This document shows positions 44,305-57,415 of a stretch of 64,000 nt of DNA, one piece after another. The notes below the pieces were generated by a model that saw only the letters and a program-made list of their open reading frames with translations, searched no databases and was not told the origin of the DNA. How positions within the stretch are numbered: the stretch's first letter is position 1; each line of letters begins with the position of its first letter. A program made the position numbers and the translations under genes. The DNA lies in assembly GCA_951406725.2 (NCBI GenBank), contig OX597827.1:7626001-7690000 (forward strand), in the 5' to 3' direction. This DNA comes from Octopus vulgaris. Lineage: Eukaryota.

Positions 44305-45720
44305 CAGGGTGTTTTGGCTAAGTTTGACAATTTTTTTTATATCTCCTTTTTTTTTAGGAACAGCTTGATGTATTGGGGATTAGTCAACGGCATTGGAGAG
44401 CATAAAGATTAAAGTTGTAGTTGAGAAAAAGTTAATTGACATGGAGCAATGGAAACAATCAGAATATTGGAAAACAGTCACCTGTCTCATGATGATTTCA
44501 CAGTAGGTAACAAAATACTGAACCATGACTGCTGCTCAATGCTCTGGGAACCCTGTAAAGACTGTAAAACATAACATAGTCAGCTGCAATAGAGACTACA
44601 AAGCTGTGGATGGCAGGAAGGGACACAGCAGGCATCCTGAGTGCATTTACACATTAGAATTCATCCAGCAACAGAGTTTTTTGTTTGTTCCTTCTTGAGC
44701 CATGCCTGGCTCATAAGGGCTGGTTTCCCGGTTTCCTTGGCATATAGGTTCCCTACCTGGACGGGACGCAGGTCCGTCGCAGGTGAGCTGCAAGATGCAG
44801 GAGGAAAGAGTGAGAGAAAGTTGGGGCGAAAGAGTCAGCAGCAGTTTGCCATTACCTTCTGCCGGAGCCGCGTGGAGCTAAGGTGTTTCGCTCATAAACA
44901 CACACATCACCTGGTCTGAGATTCGAACCCACGATCCCTCGACCGCAAGTCCATGCTCTAACCTCAAGGCCATGTGCCTCCACTACAACAGAGGGACAAG
45001 GTGGTGGAAAATCTGAGCAAAGATGTCTAAGCTTTGGCAAGAAAGATGGGTGTTGGAGGTGTTGCCATAAAGATAGCCCTGAATACAGACCTTCTCTATC
45101 ATTCATACAAGATGTACAAGGGACAAATTCTGACAGGCAAAGCCAAGGAGAGCCACTTGACGAAGGCAAAAAAAACTCCTGAACAAGCTAAAGCATCCTG
45201 CTGAGCTGGAGATTATCGGTTTTTTCTCAAATGAGAAAAACATCATCTGCCAAAACAGATGCACATCACCCACGATGATTTGCCTACAATCCATGCAATG
45301 TCCCACATATTATGAATACTCAGTTATCCCAGACTGTGATGGTCTTTGAGTGTGTCTCCAGTGAGAATGATGTTATGCTACTCTTTGACCTTTGGCTCAA
45401 TTCAGATGGCTGTGTGAAGTTGCTGGTGACGGTGGTCAAACCCTGGAGAGGGTTGCAGCTGGAAAGCCATATGTGTGACAGAAGAATTTGGCTCCTTGTG
45501 GTACTTCCAGAAAGTGTTAGAAGTATTTGTCAGAGAATCTCTACAACTTCACCAGCCCCAATTTCTAGCCTCCTGGTTTCCCCAGTTGTAATCCCATGGA
45601 TTTCTATGCAAGGGGTCAGTTGAAAAACACCATACAGTATGGGAGGCATACACCAAATTCTGGAGCCATCTTGAAACCATGATGGAAGATGAAGGCAGAT
45701 ACTTTGAGTAAACTGTTGTC
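44305..45720 (+). pseudogene. Degenerate Tc1/mariner-superfamily transposon (maT/DD37D-like)
   Basis: TA|CAGGGTG TIR start; relic motifs FFSNEK, VMVFECVSSENDVM, VVKPW and a frameshifted P..PSCNPMDF (SPDLNPLD-like). Confidence 0.7.
44677..44985 (-). mobile_element. SINE family B, tail type 3, 8-bp TSD caacagag
   Basis: Minus head tggaggcacatggcc...ggttcgaatctcagacc, shared body to actttctctcactct, then a distinct tail; TSD at 44669-44676 and 44986-44993. Confidence 0.8.
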
Positions 45721-45728
45721 TCACAGCC

Positions 45729-46035
<307 letters not shown>

Positions 46036-46261
46036 TATTCTTTGACTGTTTAAAATACTTGTATTTTTTTGGATGAGGTATTTTTGTTTTCTTTCCCTTT
46101 TATGCAAACTGCCAAGTATTTTACCAACTCCAAAAGGATGAAAGGCAAAGACAACTTCAGTGGAATTTGAACTCAGTATGTAAAAGATAGATGAAGTGCC
46201 ACTAAGCTCTTTGACTAGTGTTCTAACATTTCTACCAGTCTCGTGCTTTAACTTGCTTTAA

Positions 46262-46481
46262 CCCTTTCATTACCAACCCAGCTGAAACCGGTTTGGGCTC
46301 TGAGTACAAATGTCTTGTTTTCATAAGTTCTGAATTAAAATCTTCCAGCAAACCTTAGTCATAATTTATGTTCCTAACACTAGCTGAATGATGACAAAAT
46401 TATTTTACTAAATTGTTTGTTATATTTAAAGTAACTGAAAGAAACACAGAGCATTCCAAAATAAATACAGTAGTGAAAGGG
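46262..46481. mobile_element. piggyBac-like MITE (220 bp)
   Basis: TTAA|CCCTTTCATTAC ... GTAGTGAAAGGG|TTAA; a diverged relative ends at ~63273. Confidence 0.8.
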
Positions 46482-46542
46482 TTAAACTAATAACTTTAAT
46501 TTGACATTAATATCTGCTTTAAAATAATGATTTTGATTTAAC

Positions 46543-46880
46543 AAGGACTCCAAATTTGGCATCAAGATGTAGGACAAGATACTGTGATAGCCTGGGCTTC
46601 CGAGGCCCACAGCTCTTCAATATCCTCCTGAAGAACCTGAGAGACCTGCATGGGGTGGATGCAGATGTCTTTAAAATAAAACTGGATCTCTTCCTGTCAG
46701 GTGTCCCAGATGAACCAACTTCACGGCAGGAGGTGCAGATGAGGGCAGCTGCATCGAACTCTCTCATGCACCAAATGGCAGTTGCTAAAAAGCATTCGTG
46801 AAGTAAAATCATGTAGCAACACCAAATGGTGGTGCCCCAGCATGGCCACAGCTTGTAAGCTGAAACTAGATAAAATAAAA
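46543..46880 (+). mobile_element. CR1/L2-group LINE 3' end
   Basis: ORF TRYCDSLGFRGPQLFNILLKNLRDLHGVDADVFKIKLDLFLSGVPDEP resembles the post-RT C-terminus of CR1-group LINEs; tail ggtgccccagcatggccacagcttgtaagctgaaac. Confidence 0.75.
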
Positions 46881-47504
46881 TTTAAAAAAAATAAAATCTG
46901 TTCTTATTGCTGGTGTCATTTCAGACAAATGTGAGCCTTGACTGACCATTCCAGCCAGGATGATCATCATCATTATGATGGCTACAGAAAAATTCTGATC
47001 CTTAGATTGTCTCTACTCAATAAAGATATGAACTTTGTTTCAATTTGGTGTTTGTTTCAGCCTTCTTAGTGCCTCCAGAAGAAGTTACTTGGATATAATG
47101 GTGGTCTAGGTGGAATTTGAACCATTCCAAGACAATCCTGACTTCTTTGTATGTCAGTGGTTATATTGTCCAACATATCCTTCTTTATTTAAACAAAAGC
47201 AGCAGAGTATATACTGAGAATTGTTTAGTTGCTATTTCTAAATGGTCGAGCAACCATTTTGAGGTCTTCTCATTGGCTGAAATGTGAGTTCAAATTTGAA
47301 GAATGTCAATAAAATATACTAAAATATATATCCATTTTATTACTTCCAGTGGAATGCTGTCAAAACCTAAACCACACCTGGCTTGGTTTTTGAGCTGGAG
47401 AGCGCTTTATCAATTACTTTCCATGCCACCGAACCTACTCAACCATGTCTAAATTGAGACTACCCACCAAGAAAAACCAGAACTATTGAAGTAGCAGTAT
47501 ATTG

Positions 47505-47589
47505 TCAACAACAACAACAACAACAACAACAACGACGACGACAACGACAACAATGACAATAACAAATAATAATAATAATAGTAGTAGTA

Positions 47590-47638
<49 letters not shown>

Positions 47639-47651
47639 TAATAATAATAAC

Positions 47652-47704
<53 letters not shown>

Positions 47705-47720
47705 TAATAATAATAATAAT
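47505..47720. repeat. (AAC)n/(AAT)n microsatellite
   Basis: Direct reading. Confidence 0.9.
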
Positions 47721-48189
47721 ATCACATGGATGACACTAACTGTCACATAAACAGAAGCAGCATAGGTGATAACAACAACAACAACAGCAGCAGCAACAAC
47801 AAAATAGCTTTTTAGTTTGATGCATACATTTACAGAAAAAAAAAAAGATATAATAAAAAAAAATGTTAATAAAAGTAATTTACTTTCAGAAACATTTCAC
47901 TAACACCCAAAATTTCTAAAGTAGATGAATGTATTTTAAATTCCCAAAATCCCTCAGTTGCTTTTAAAACTTGAAAACCTCACTGATAACATCATATATG
48001 CATCTGATTTTGATGTTGTATATTGTATTGCATTTTGGAGTCAGGGGATGTATAAAATTAGAAGCAATAGCTGTGTACTTTTGTGAGTTTATGTATATTT
48101 TTTCCCATTAAGATTAGGAAATATCTATAAGTATATGTATATGTATGTATGTTTTTTTCCATGTATGTATATATATATATATAAGTATA

Positions 48190-48228
<39 letters not shown>

Positions 48229-48812
48229 AATCGTATTTATACATGATGTGTTTTGTATTTTATTTGTGTCATGAAGATTTGTTGATATGAATGAAGGTAA
48301 AGGAGAGGAGAATATTTAATAACCACTGGAAAAAAAATATAGAAAAAAGATAATATTAACATAAATGATAAATTAAAAAAAAAAAAAAAAACAGAAAAAA
48401 AAACGAGGTATTTTCAGTGTGTTTCGAAATGAATTTTTGTATTGTGCAATTTTTACTTCAGATTGACAGTCTCTAAAAATTATTCTTTGGTAGTTAGGAA
48501 GATTAAAAGATGTCAGGTCTGCATGTATATGTGCATGGTAGCATATGCAGAAGGTTTGATCTGTAAATTTTTTTTAGAGAAAAACATGTTTGCATTATTC
48601 AAATCCTTGCAAGTGTATGTATGTATCTTTAGCTTCAAGCTTGAAAATTTGTACACATTTTGTATGTTATGTTATGACTGAATATGCATTTGTGAACATA
48701 CACACACAAGCACGTACATATGTAATGTTCTAATGTTTATCTGAATGTATAATTTTGTCTGTGCACATTTTTATACATAAGTTTACATGTTCAGTTCATG
48801 CACGCATACATT

Positions 48813-49031
48813 ATTTTATGAGTGTATATATTTATACATATGTATGTATATACGTATGTATGCATGTATGAATGTATATACGTACATTCGTGTGTGTGTG
48901 AAAAGTGAAAATGTGCCTATATTTTATGAGTGTATATATTTATATATATGTATGTATATACGTATGTATGCATGTATGAATGTATATATATGTACATACG
49001 TGTGTGTGTGTGAAAAGTGAAAATGTGCCTA
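48813..49031. repeat. Tandem duplication of a ~108-bp unit
   Basis: ttttatgagtgtatatattta...gaaaagtgaaaatgtgccta occurs twice. Confidence 0.85.
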
Positions 49032-50062
49032 TCTGTGTTTTTGTTAAAGGGTTTGAATTTGTGTAGTTACAAATCAGATAACAGGATTGGATCTGAATAT
49101 GTGTTTGTCTGTCCATCTCTCTTACCCATTCTCTCGCTTTCTCTCTGAATATGTGTGTGTGTATGTGCGTATGTGTGTGTGTGTGTGAGCATGCGTGCGT
49201 ACATATGTATATGTTATTATTAGTTATATATTGCACATACATGCATAGTTATCAATTTATCTGTGTATATGTTTAAACATGTTTATATCTCTATTCATAT
49301 GCATAATTGCATTTCTGTAGGTGAAATATAGAGATAGCATGCACATCATGGAACTATTGCTAGATGCATTTCTGCACTCATTTATGCTGTCAAAGTTTGG
49401 TGGCCTCCTTTCTGTGCAAACAGAAGTTATATAAACCAAATCTGTCACATCAGAACGAAACACATGTATTAGCTTTGAATTTCAACAGAATCCTCTCATA
49501 AAACACCTAGTTTAGATTGTACCTTATCTCATCATTCAGTTTTTGTGATTTTGAAATGAAACAAAATGGTCCAATGAGTGATTTTTCTTTTTTATAATTC
49601 ATTGAGATATTTTATCAGATTTCTTCTCTAACGTCATATATTAACCCCGGAAAAGGCATTTCATGATCTGGATTATTGACTTTAGAGGCAAGATAGGGGC
49701 ATTGCCATTTAAAGATTCCCCAGTGTACATCATATTAAGATCATTCCTAATTGATTAGGTTAATAACAATCTTTCAATGAATACACAATCCAGCTTATGC
49801 AAAAAAAAAAAATAATAATAATAAATGGAAGAAAGAAAAAGAAAGAAAAGAAAAAAAGAAGAAAGAAAGAAAGAAAATATTTCCCTAAATGCTAGCTGAA
49901 GGCAAAATAAAATATGTGGAGGTTTTTGTTGAAAAGTTCATTTCGAAATAGTGACACTGGTATTATTAGCTAAAGAATTTAGAATAGGAATGGACAACAG
50001 AAGAATAACCCCTAAGCAACAAAGCTATAATTTCAGTGACACAACAACAAAATAACAACAAC

Positions 50063-50101
<39 letters not shown>

Positions 50102-51188
50102 TCTTGTATACATCCAATATGTGCGTTATTTCTCAAATCAACTGAACAATAAGGTGGTTTGGGAATCTGGGATTATTTATTGTTGTTTGTGAGATTAGGA
50201 AAAAAATCTTGGAAAATTGAAAATAAGTGTTAGCACAATTGGCAGAACATCTCTGAGAGGATCTGCGACAAAAAAAAATGGCTTGTCTCTGTGACTCACA
50301 ATAACAAGAATGGTAATGTTATAGCATTAACACCAACTGCAACAACAACAACAGCAGCAGCAGCAACGACAACAACAACAATAACAACATGAAAATCTAT
50401 AGCTCTGGGTAAATAGCTGTTTGGTAGAGAAGAGGCACACTTTGTTAATCACGTGTTTCCAAGTTCAATCCCACTGCATGCTGCTTTGGCAAAAGTATCT
50501 TCTCCTGTAGCCCTGGGCTGACAAATACTTTGAGAATGGAATTTGGGAGGCAAAAACTAATGGGGAGTAGTATATACGTAAATACACACATACATACATA
50601 CATACACAAACACTTACACATACATACCCTCTCTCTCTTTCGGAGAGGCACAAGCACCAACACGCACATATACACACACGGCAGTAACTTCCGCCTGCCG
50701 AATTCAATCACAAAGCTTCGGTCGGCTTGGGGCTATAGTGGAAGACACCTACCCAAAGTGCCACGCAGTGGGACTGAACCCGAAACCATGTAGCTAGGAA
50801 GCAAGCTCCCTAACCACACAACCATGCCCATTCTTGCTGATATATATCGACAGGAAAAAAAAAATACTGGTGCTTTTCAAATGTAGTCCTTTCTACCAAG
50901 TTATAGATAAAATTCTCACCGACAGAAATGTAGTTGATTTTTCCATTGGAAACATGTAATCAATGAAGCTATTGTTTACCAATTGTGAAATAAAATAGGT
51001 AAATACATAAATAAATAGGACAAGTCATAAAGACAACGGAATGAGTACAATAGGGTTAGGTAGTTCATGCCATGGTAAATAGTGAGTGTTTCATTTGCTT
51101 TTAAAGCATAAATCAAAAAGTTCCCACGGCTAACAAGAACAGATAAGTTGGCACTAGTTGACTTTCTTTTTGTTTACTCTTATAAATT

Positions 51189-51585
51189 TTTTCTTTTTTG
51201 GAAGCACTCCGTCGGTTATGACGATGAGGGTTCTGGTTGATCCGAATCAACGGAACAGCCTGCTCGTGAAATTAACGTGTAAGGTGGCTGAGCACTCCAC
51301 AGACACGTGTACCCTTAACGTAGTTCTCGGGGATATTCAGCGTGACACAGAGAGTGACAAGGCTGGCCCTTTGAAATACAGGTACAACAGAAACAGGAAG
51401 TAAGAGTGAGAGAAAGTTGTGGTGAAAGAGTACAGCAGGGATCACATCCATCCCCTGCCGGAGCCTCGTGGAGCTTTTTAGGTGTTTTCGCTCAATAAAC
51501 ACTCACAACGCCCGGTCTGGGAATCGAAACCGCGATCCTATGACCGCGAGTCCGCTGCCCTAACCACTGGGCCATTGCTCCTCCA
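51189..51585 (-). mobile_element. SINE family B, tail type 1, full length, 13-bp TSD
   Basis: actcttataaatt at 51176-51188 and 51585-51597; minus head ggag..gcaatggcccagtggttagggcagcggactcgcgg. Confidence 0.9.
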
Positions 51586-51924
51586 CTCTTATAAATTAAC
51601 CAAATGAGGAGATGTAAGCTTTTATGGACCCCAACAAAACTAAAGGGGTCGATGAAATTTATGCTTAGTGTATTGGAGTTTGGAGATTTATAGGGATTGG
51701 GAAAATGTGTTTAGGATGGGATCAGAGAGGCAAGACGGAAATGGCTGTATTTTTGATGTCTTGTTTGTTCAACAATGAGGTCAAGCAACATCACTAACTT
51801 CTTTTAGCTTGGTAAAAGTCTAATTCTATGAAGAGAAGTGAGTGCTGTTCTAAATACAGACACATGCACATATATACATAGTTATAATTGATCATATCAG
51901 CATTGGATTTGAAAATAATACAAT

Positions 51925-52154
51925 ACTCTTTTTCTCTTTTTCTCTTTTTACTTGTTTCAGTCATTTGACTGTGGCCATGCTGGAGCACCGCCTTTAGTCG
52001 AGCAAATCGACCCTGGGACTTATTCTTTGTAAGCCCAGTACTTATTCTATTGGTCTCTTTTTGCCGAACCGCTAAGTGACAGAGACATAAACACACCAGC
52101 ATCAGTTGTCAAGCAATGCTAGGGGGACAAACACAGACACACAAACACACACAC

Positions 52155-52196
<42 letters not shown>

Positions 52197-52359
52197 GACA
52201 GGCTTCTTTCAGTTTCCGTTTACCAAATCCACTCACAAGGCTTTGGTCGGCCCAGGGCTATAGCAGAAGACTCTTGCCCAAGATGCCACACAGTGGGACT
52301 AAACCCGGAACCATGTGGTTGGTTAGCAAGCTACTTACCACACAGCCACTCCTGCGCCT
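51925..52359 (-). mobile_element. SINE family A
   Basis: Full-length reverse complement. Confidence 0.9.
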
Positions 52360-52537
52360 ATAGTTGAGTTCTCCTGGATTCCTTAAGTTATTTGATGATT
52401 AACATATCTATGTTGAATTTTTGAATTGTATTTTGCTTTAAGTAAAGCTTTCATTAGAGATTCTTCTAATTTTTGTGAAATTTATATAAAATTACAGAGC
52501 CATCAACTTATGTTTTCCTGTCTACTTTTATTTTGTT

Positions 52538-53037
52538 CTAGCAGTGTCGCCCGGCGTTGCTCGGGTTTGTAAGGGAAATAACTATATAAGCATTTTTAGA
52601 GAGTTATAGCCAAAAAATAGCAAAAAAATGCATTAAAAATGGAAAAAAAATGATGGTAAATTTTTTAAAAAATCGTTGACTCATCGTAGACATTTTTAGA
52701 GAGTTACTTCCCTTATATAATAGCGAAAAAATGCATTAAAATGGAAAAAAATGATGGTAAATTTTTTTAAAAATCGTTGACTCATCGTAGACATTTTTAG
52801 AGAGTTACTTCCCTTATATAATAGCGAAAAATGCATTAAAAAGGAAAAAAAAATGACGGTAAATTTTTTTTTAAATCGTAGACTCATCGTAGACGCGCGC
52901 TAATACCCAGAAGGGCTCGATATGAATCACGACTATAAGATACCCGGTTTTGGTTAAACTGCACCGCAAAATGTGGGAGTAGTTAGGAATCTAAATCGTA
53001 GGAGACAGACACACAACTTCACTTTTATATATAAAGA
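52538..53037 (-). mobile_element. Non-autonomous Helitron (500 bp) with three internal ~100-bp repeats
   Basis: Minus 5' A|TCTTTATATATAAAAG; 3' CCCGAGCAACGCCGGG hairpin then CGACACTG CTAG; internal units start at 52591, 52691, 52792. Confidence 0.85.
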
Positions 53038-53606
53038 TTACAGAGCTATCAACTTATGTTTTCCTGTCTACTTTCACTTTCTGTGTCATATTATGTGTAG
53101 CTATGGTTTCTTATTGTAAATGCAGGGTTAACAAATGAGAAAGAGTTGAACGTATATATATATATGTGTGTTTATGTCTGTGAGAGTGTAAGTGTATGTA
53201 TGTATGTATGCACAAATGCATGTACATACACATATGTATATATTTGTGTGTGTGTGTGTGTATTTATGTGATATTTTTATGCAGATGTCTGTAAATACTG
53301 TGGGCATATGTATGTCACATGTCTGTATTTACATTTAAACTGGTCATCAAAACAAAATACGTGTTGCTGATTATGTCTCGTGATTTAACAGTTCAATAAA
53401 CAGAGATCAATAGAATAAGCAGCAGACTATGATATATATTGGAGCCAATATGACTGACTAAAGCACTTGCAGGTGGAGCTCCAGCATAGCAGCGTTTTTT
53501 TATGAATGGAACCAGTAAAAGATTAAAAGTAAAACAGGGCAAAATTAAGTCTAAATGTTACACATACACACACACACACATTTATATATATGTACATTTA
53601 TATATA

Positions 53607-53725
<119 letters not shown>

Positions 53726-53780
53726 CATATATAGATATACATACATATATATATACAAACATATATATATATACATACAT

Positions 53781-53827
<47 letters not shown>

Positions 53828-54478
53828 CAATGTCATAGTTATATAAATAGAGCAGTAATGTGCAAATTGATCTAAAACAGATGTTTAACCAGTTTAAAAA
53901 CAAATCTAAAAGTATCATTAACATGACAAGCAATCAATATCTTCTAAATTGTTTATAAGCTGCTGTCTCTTTGCTCACTTTCATGTGGTAGGGTTCGATA
54001 TACAGGTTGTTGATCAGCACTGTTATGAAAATGTTTAGCATGATGGTCGTGGTTGGAATGTCTTTGATCAATAACCACTCCTTCTCTTTTTTCCCTACAG
54101 AATTTAAATCTACAATTCTTAACATGGGAAAAAAATTTGTACTGGATGAAAGTTTCCAAATTCCAGAGGTAATTATGTGGAGTCTAGGAGGGAAATTCTT
54201 TTGAGGGGGGAAAAATTTGGGGGTTAGTAGGGTTAGTCAAACCCAGTGCTCAATTAGATCTTGTTTCATCGATTCTAAAAGGATGGCAGGCAAAGTCAAC
54301 CTCAGCAACATTTAAACTCAGAACGTAAAGAACCAGAAGAAATGTCACTAAACATTTTTGTCCAGTGCAGTAACAATTCTACCAGCTCATTGGCCTAATA
54401 ATAATAATAATAATGATAATAATAATAATAGTAGTAGTAGTAATAATAATAATAATAATGATAATAATAGTAGTAGTA

Positions 54479-54529
<51 letters not shown>

Positions 54530-54558
54530 GTAGTAGTAGTAATAATAATAATAATAAT

Positions 54559-54861
54559 AACCTACGCAAAATACTCTCTATGTAATCTCAACCTACGCAA
54601 AATACTCTCTATGTAATCTCAACCTACGCAAAATACTCTCTATGTAATCTCAAGGTTTAAAACAAACATAATTTTCGGTTAAAAAAAAAAAAAAAAACTT
54701 TTTTTTTTTAGACATTCATTAGTACAACATCCCCACCCACCCCAAATATATGGCACACTAGGCATAACAACAACATGAACTTCCAACCCTGGTGTCTCTT
54801 GAGGTCTCTGGGTGAGACTTGGAGCCAACTTGTACAAATATAAAGCAAAAGTCAAACACAA
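54559..54861 (+). mobile_element. 5'-truncated R4/Dong-like LINE end inside (AAT)n
   Basis: Starts with LRKILSM* (resembling the R4/Dong C-terminal GTAHILRKxL), followed by a putative 3'UTR; (AAT)n at 54396-54558 and 54862-54974; first 31 bp triplicated. Confidence 0.6.
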
Positions 54862-54931
<70 letters not shown>

Positions 54932-54940
54932 GTAGTAGTA

Positions 54941-54976
<36 letters not shown>

Positions 54977-55327
54977 TTTTCTACTATAGGCATAAGGCCT
55001 GAAATTTGGTGGGAGGGGACTAGTCAATTACATCGACCCCCAAAAGTACCAGTGTTTCACAGGTACTTAATTTATTGACCCTGAAGGGATGAAAGACAAA
55101 GTCAATCTTGGTGGAACTGTGAATGATTTAGTTTAACAAATTGACCCCAGCACTTACTTTTTAATTCTAGTACTTATTCCTTTGCTGAATCACTAAGCTA
55201 CAGGGATGTAAGCAAACCAACAATGGTTGTCAAGTGGTGATAGGAGACAAACATAAAAACAAAAACATGCACAAATATATATGTACACATACGCACACAC
55301 ACACACTCATGCACACACATATATAAG

Positions 55328-56450
55328 TCAGTAGCGGGGGTGGGGAGGTGGATGCCCTGAGAGTGTAGCTGCTAGAACAAGAATAGTCTGGGCAAAGTTC
55401 AGGGAGCTCCTAACTCTGCTGGTGACAAAGGACCTCTCACTCAGAGTAAAAGGTAGACTGTATAACACATGTGTGCGAACAGCTATGCTATATGGCAGTG
55501 AAACATGGGCTGTGACTGCTGAGGACATGCATAAGTTTGCACAGAATGAAGCTAGTATGCTCCGCTGGATGTGTAATGTCAGTGTGCATATATGACAGAG
55601 TGTAAGCACCCTGAGAAAAACGTTAGACATAAGAAGCATCAGATGTGGTGTGCAAAAGAGACGACTGTGCTGGTATGGTCATGTGTTGTGTATGGATGAA
55701 GACTGCTGTGTGAAAAAGTGTCACACCCTATCAGTAGAGGGAACCTGTGGAAGAAGTAGACCCAGGAAGCCCTGGGATGAGGTGGGGAAGCACGAATGTT
55801 GGGCCTCACAGAGGTGATGACAAGTGACCGAGACCTTTGGAGATATGCTGTGCTTGAGAAGACCCAGCAAACCACGTGAGACTGTAACCATGGCCTATGC
55901 CAGTGCAGCATAACTGGCCCATTTAAGAGTACCTTTCAATCATTGGGCAGTAAATTGTACTTGCAAAGACCTGCTGAGGCAAGTGAAGTCATTGTCATGG
56001 ATGATGACAGTACTGCCTGATTGGCATGTAAAAAGCACTATTCGAGCATGGTCGATGCCAGTGCTAGTGGCACATAAAAAGTACCATTTGAGCATGATCA
56101 TTGCCAGTGCTGGCTGACTGGTCCCATGCCGGTGGCACATGAAAAGCACCATTCAAATGTGGTCATTGCCAGTGCCATCTGACTGGCTCCCATTCTGGTG
56201 GCTTGTAAAAAGTACCATTTGAGAGTGGTCAATGCCAGTACTGCTTGACTGGCCCTCATGCCAGTGGCACGTAAAATGTGCCCACTACACTCTTAGAGTG
56301 GTTAGTATTAGGAAGGGCGTCCAGGTGTAGAAACTTTGCCAGATCAGATTGGAGCCTGGTGCAGCCATCTGGTTTGCCAGCCCTCAGTCAAACTGTCCAA
56401 CCCATACCAGAATAGAAAGCGGACGTTAAATGATGATGATGATGATGATG
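55328..56450 (+). mobile_element. RTE LINE, 5'-truncated, with ORF remnant, repeat-containing 3'UTR and (GAT)n tail
   Basis: Plus translation ARTRIVWAKFRELL...VKGRLYNTCVRTAMLYGSETWA...MLRWMC...RRLCWYGHV...GRSRPRKPWDEV; tail gaaagcggacgttaaat(gat)n. Confidence 0.9.
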
Positions 56451-56958
56451 ATATATATGTATGTTTTATGTATGTGTGTATGTATGTATTATATTATACT
56501 ATCTATGATATCGATTTCAAAAGTTTGGCACAAGGCCAGCAATTTTGGGGGAAGGGATAAATTAATTGCATCGACTCCAGTGCTCAACTGGTGCTTATTT
56601 TACCCCCCCCCCACTCCAAAAAGACGAAAGGCAAAGTCAACCTCAGTGGAATCAGAGAGCCAGAATGTGAAGACAGAGGAAAGGCTGCTTAGCATTTTGC
56701 CCGGTGTGCTAATGCTTCTGCCCAGTTCTAATAAAAACAATTCGACATTAATCTGATGGGTCACTCAGAGTGCAGATTTATTATTCTTATATAAGAAAGT
56801 TGTTGACAGTGACTTCGAAGTCTAAGCCAGCTAATCCATTCTCAGACAGCCGGCTAAAACTTTGAAATCACCGTCAATAACATACTTGTATAAGAATAAT
56901 ATACACACACACACACACAAAAACACAAACACACAAACACACACACGCATGCCCACAC

Positions 56959-57018
<60 letters not shown>

Positions 57019-57019
57019 A

Positions 57020-57415
57020 AACATTACGTTATATAATTAGGGTTCAGTAAAATAATTTACTTTACCACACACCGAACTTTTAGAAATAGCAGCCAAAAAA
57101 TTTTAGCTATTTCTTCTACTATAAGAAAAGTCTCCCAGACAATGTATACTCAAAAATATATTTTTGAGTATCAAAAATATATTTTTGAGTATACATTGTC
57201 TGGGAGACTTTTCTTATAGTAGAAGAAATAGCTAAAATTTTTTGGCTGCTATTTCTAAAAGTTCGGTGTGTGGTAAAGTAAATTATTTTACTGAACCCTA
57301 ATTAAATAATGTAATGTTATATAAATATACCGTAAATGGTCTTTTTACATACTGAACACTACTTGGTAAAATTATTAATTAATAATTAATTAATTTTACC
57401 CTTTTATTATTGACA
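57020..57415. mobile_element. (TA)n-embedded element containing a near-perfect 299-bp palindrome
   Basis: 57020-57167 equals the reverse complement of 57171-57318 with 2 mismatches near the outer end; 3-nt loop. Confidence 0.85.

Noticed and set aside
53830-54160. Possible Penelope GIY-YIG C-terminal relic next to (TA)n
   Set aside because: Only vague similarity; no diagnostic motif could be aligned by eye.
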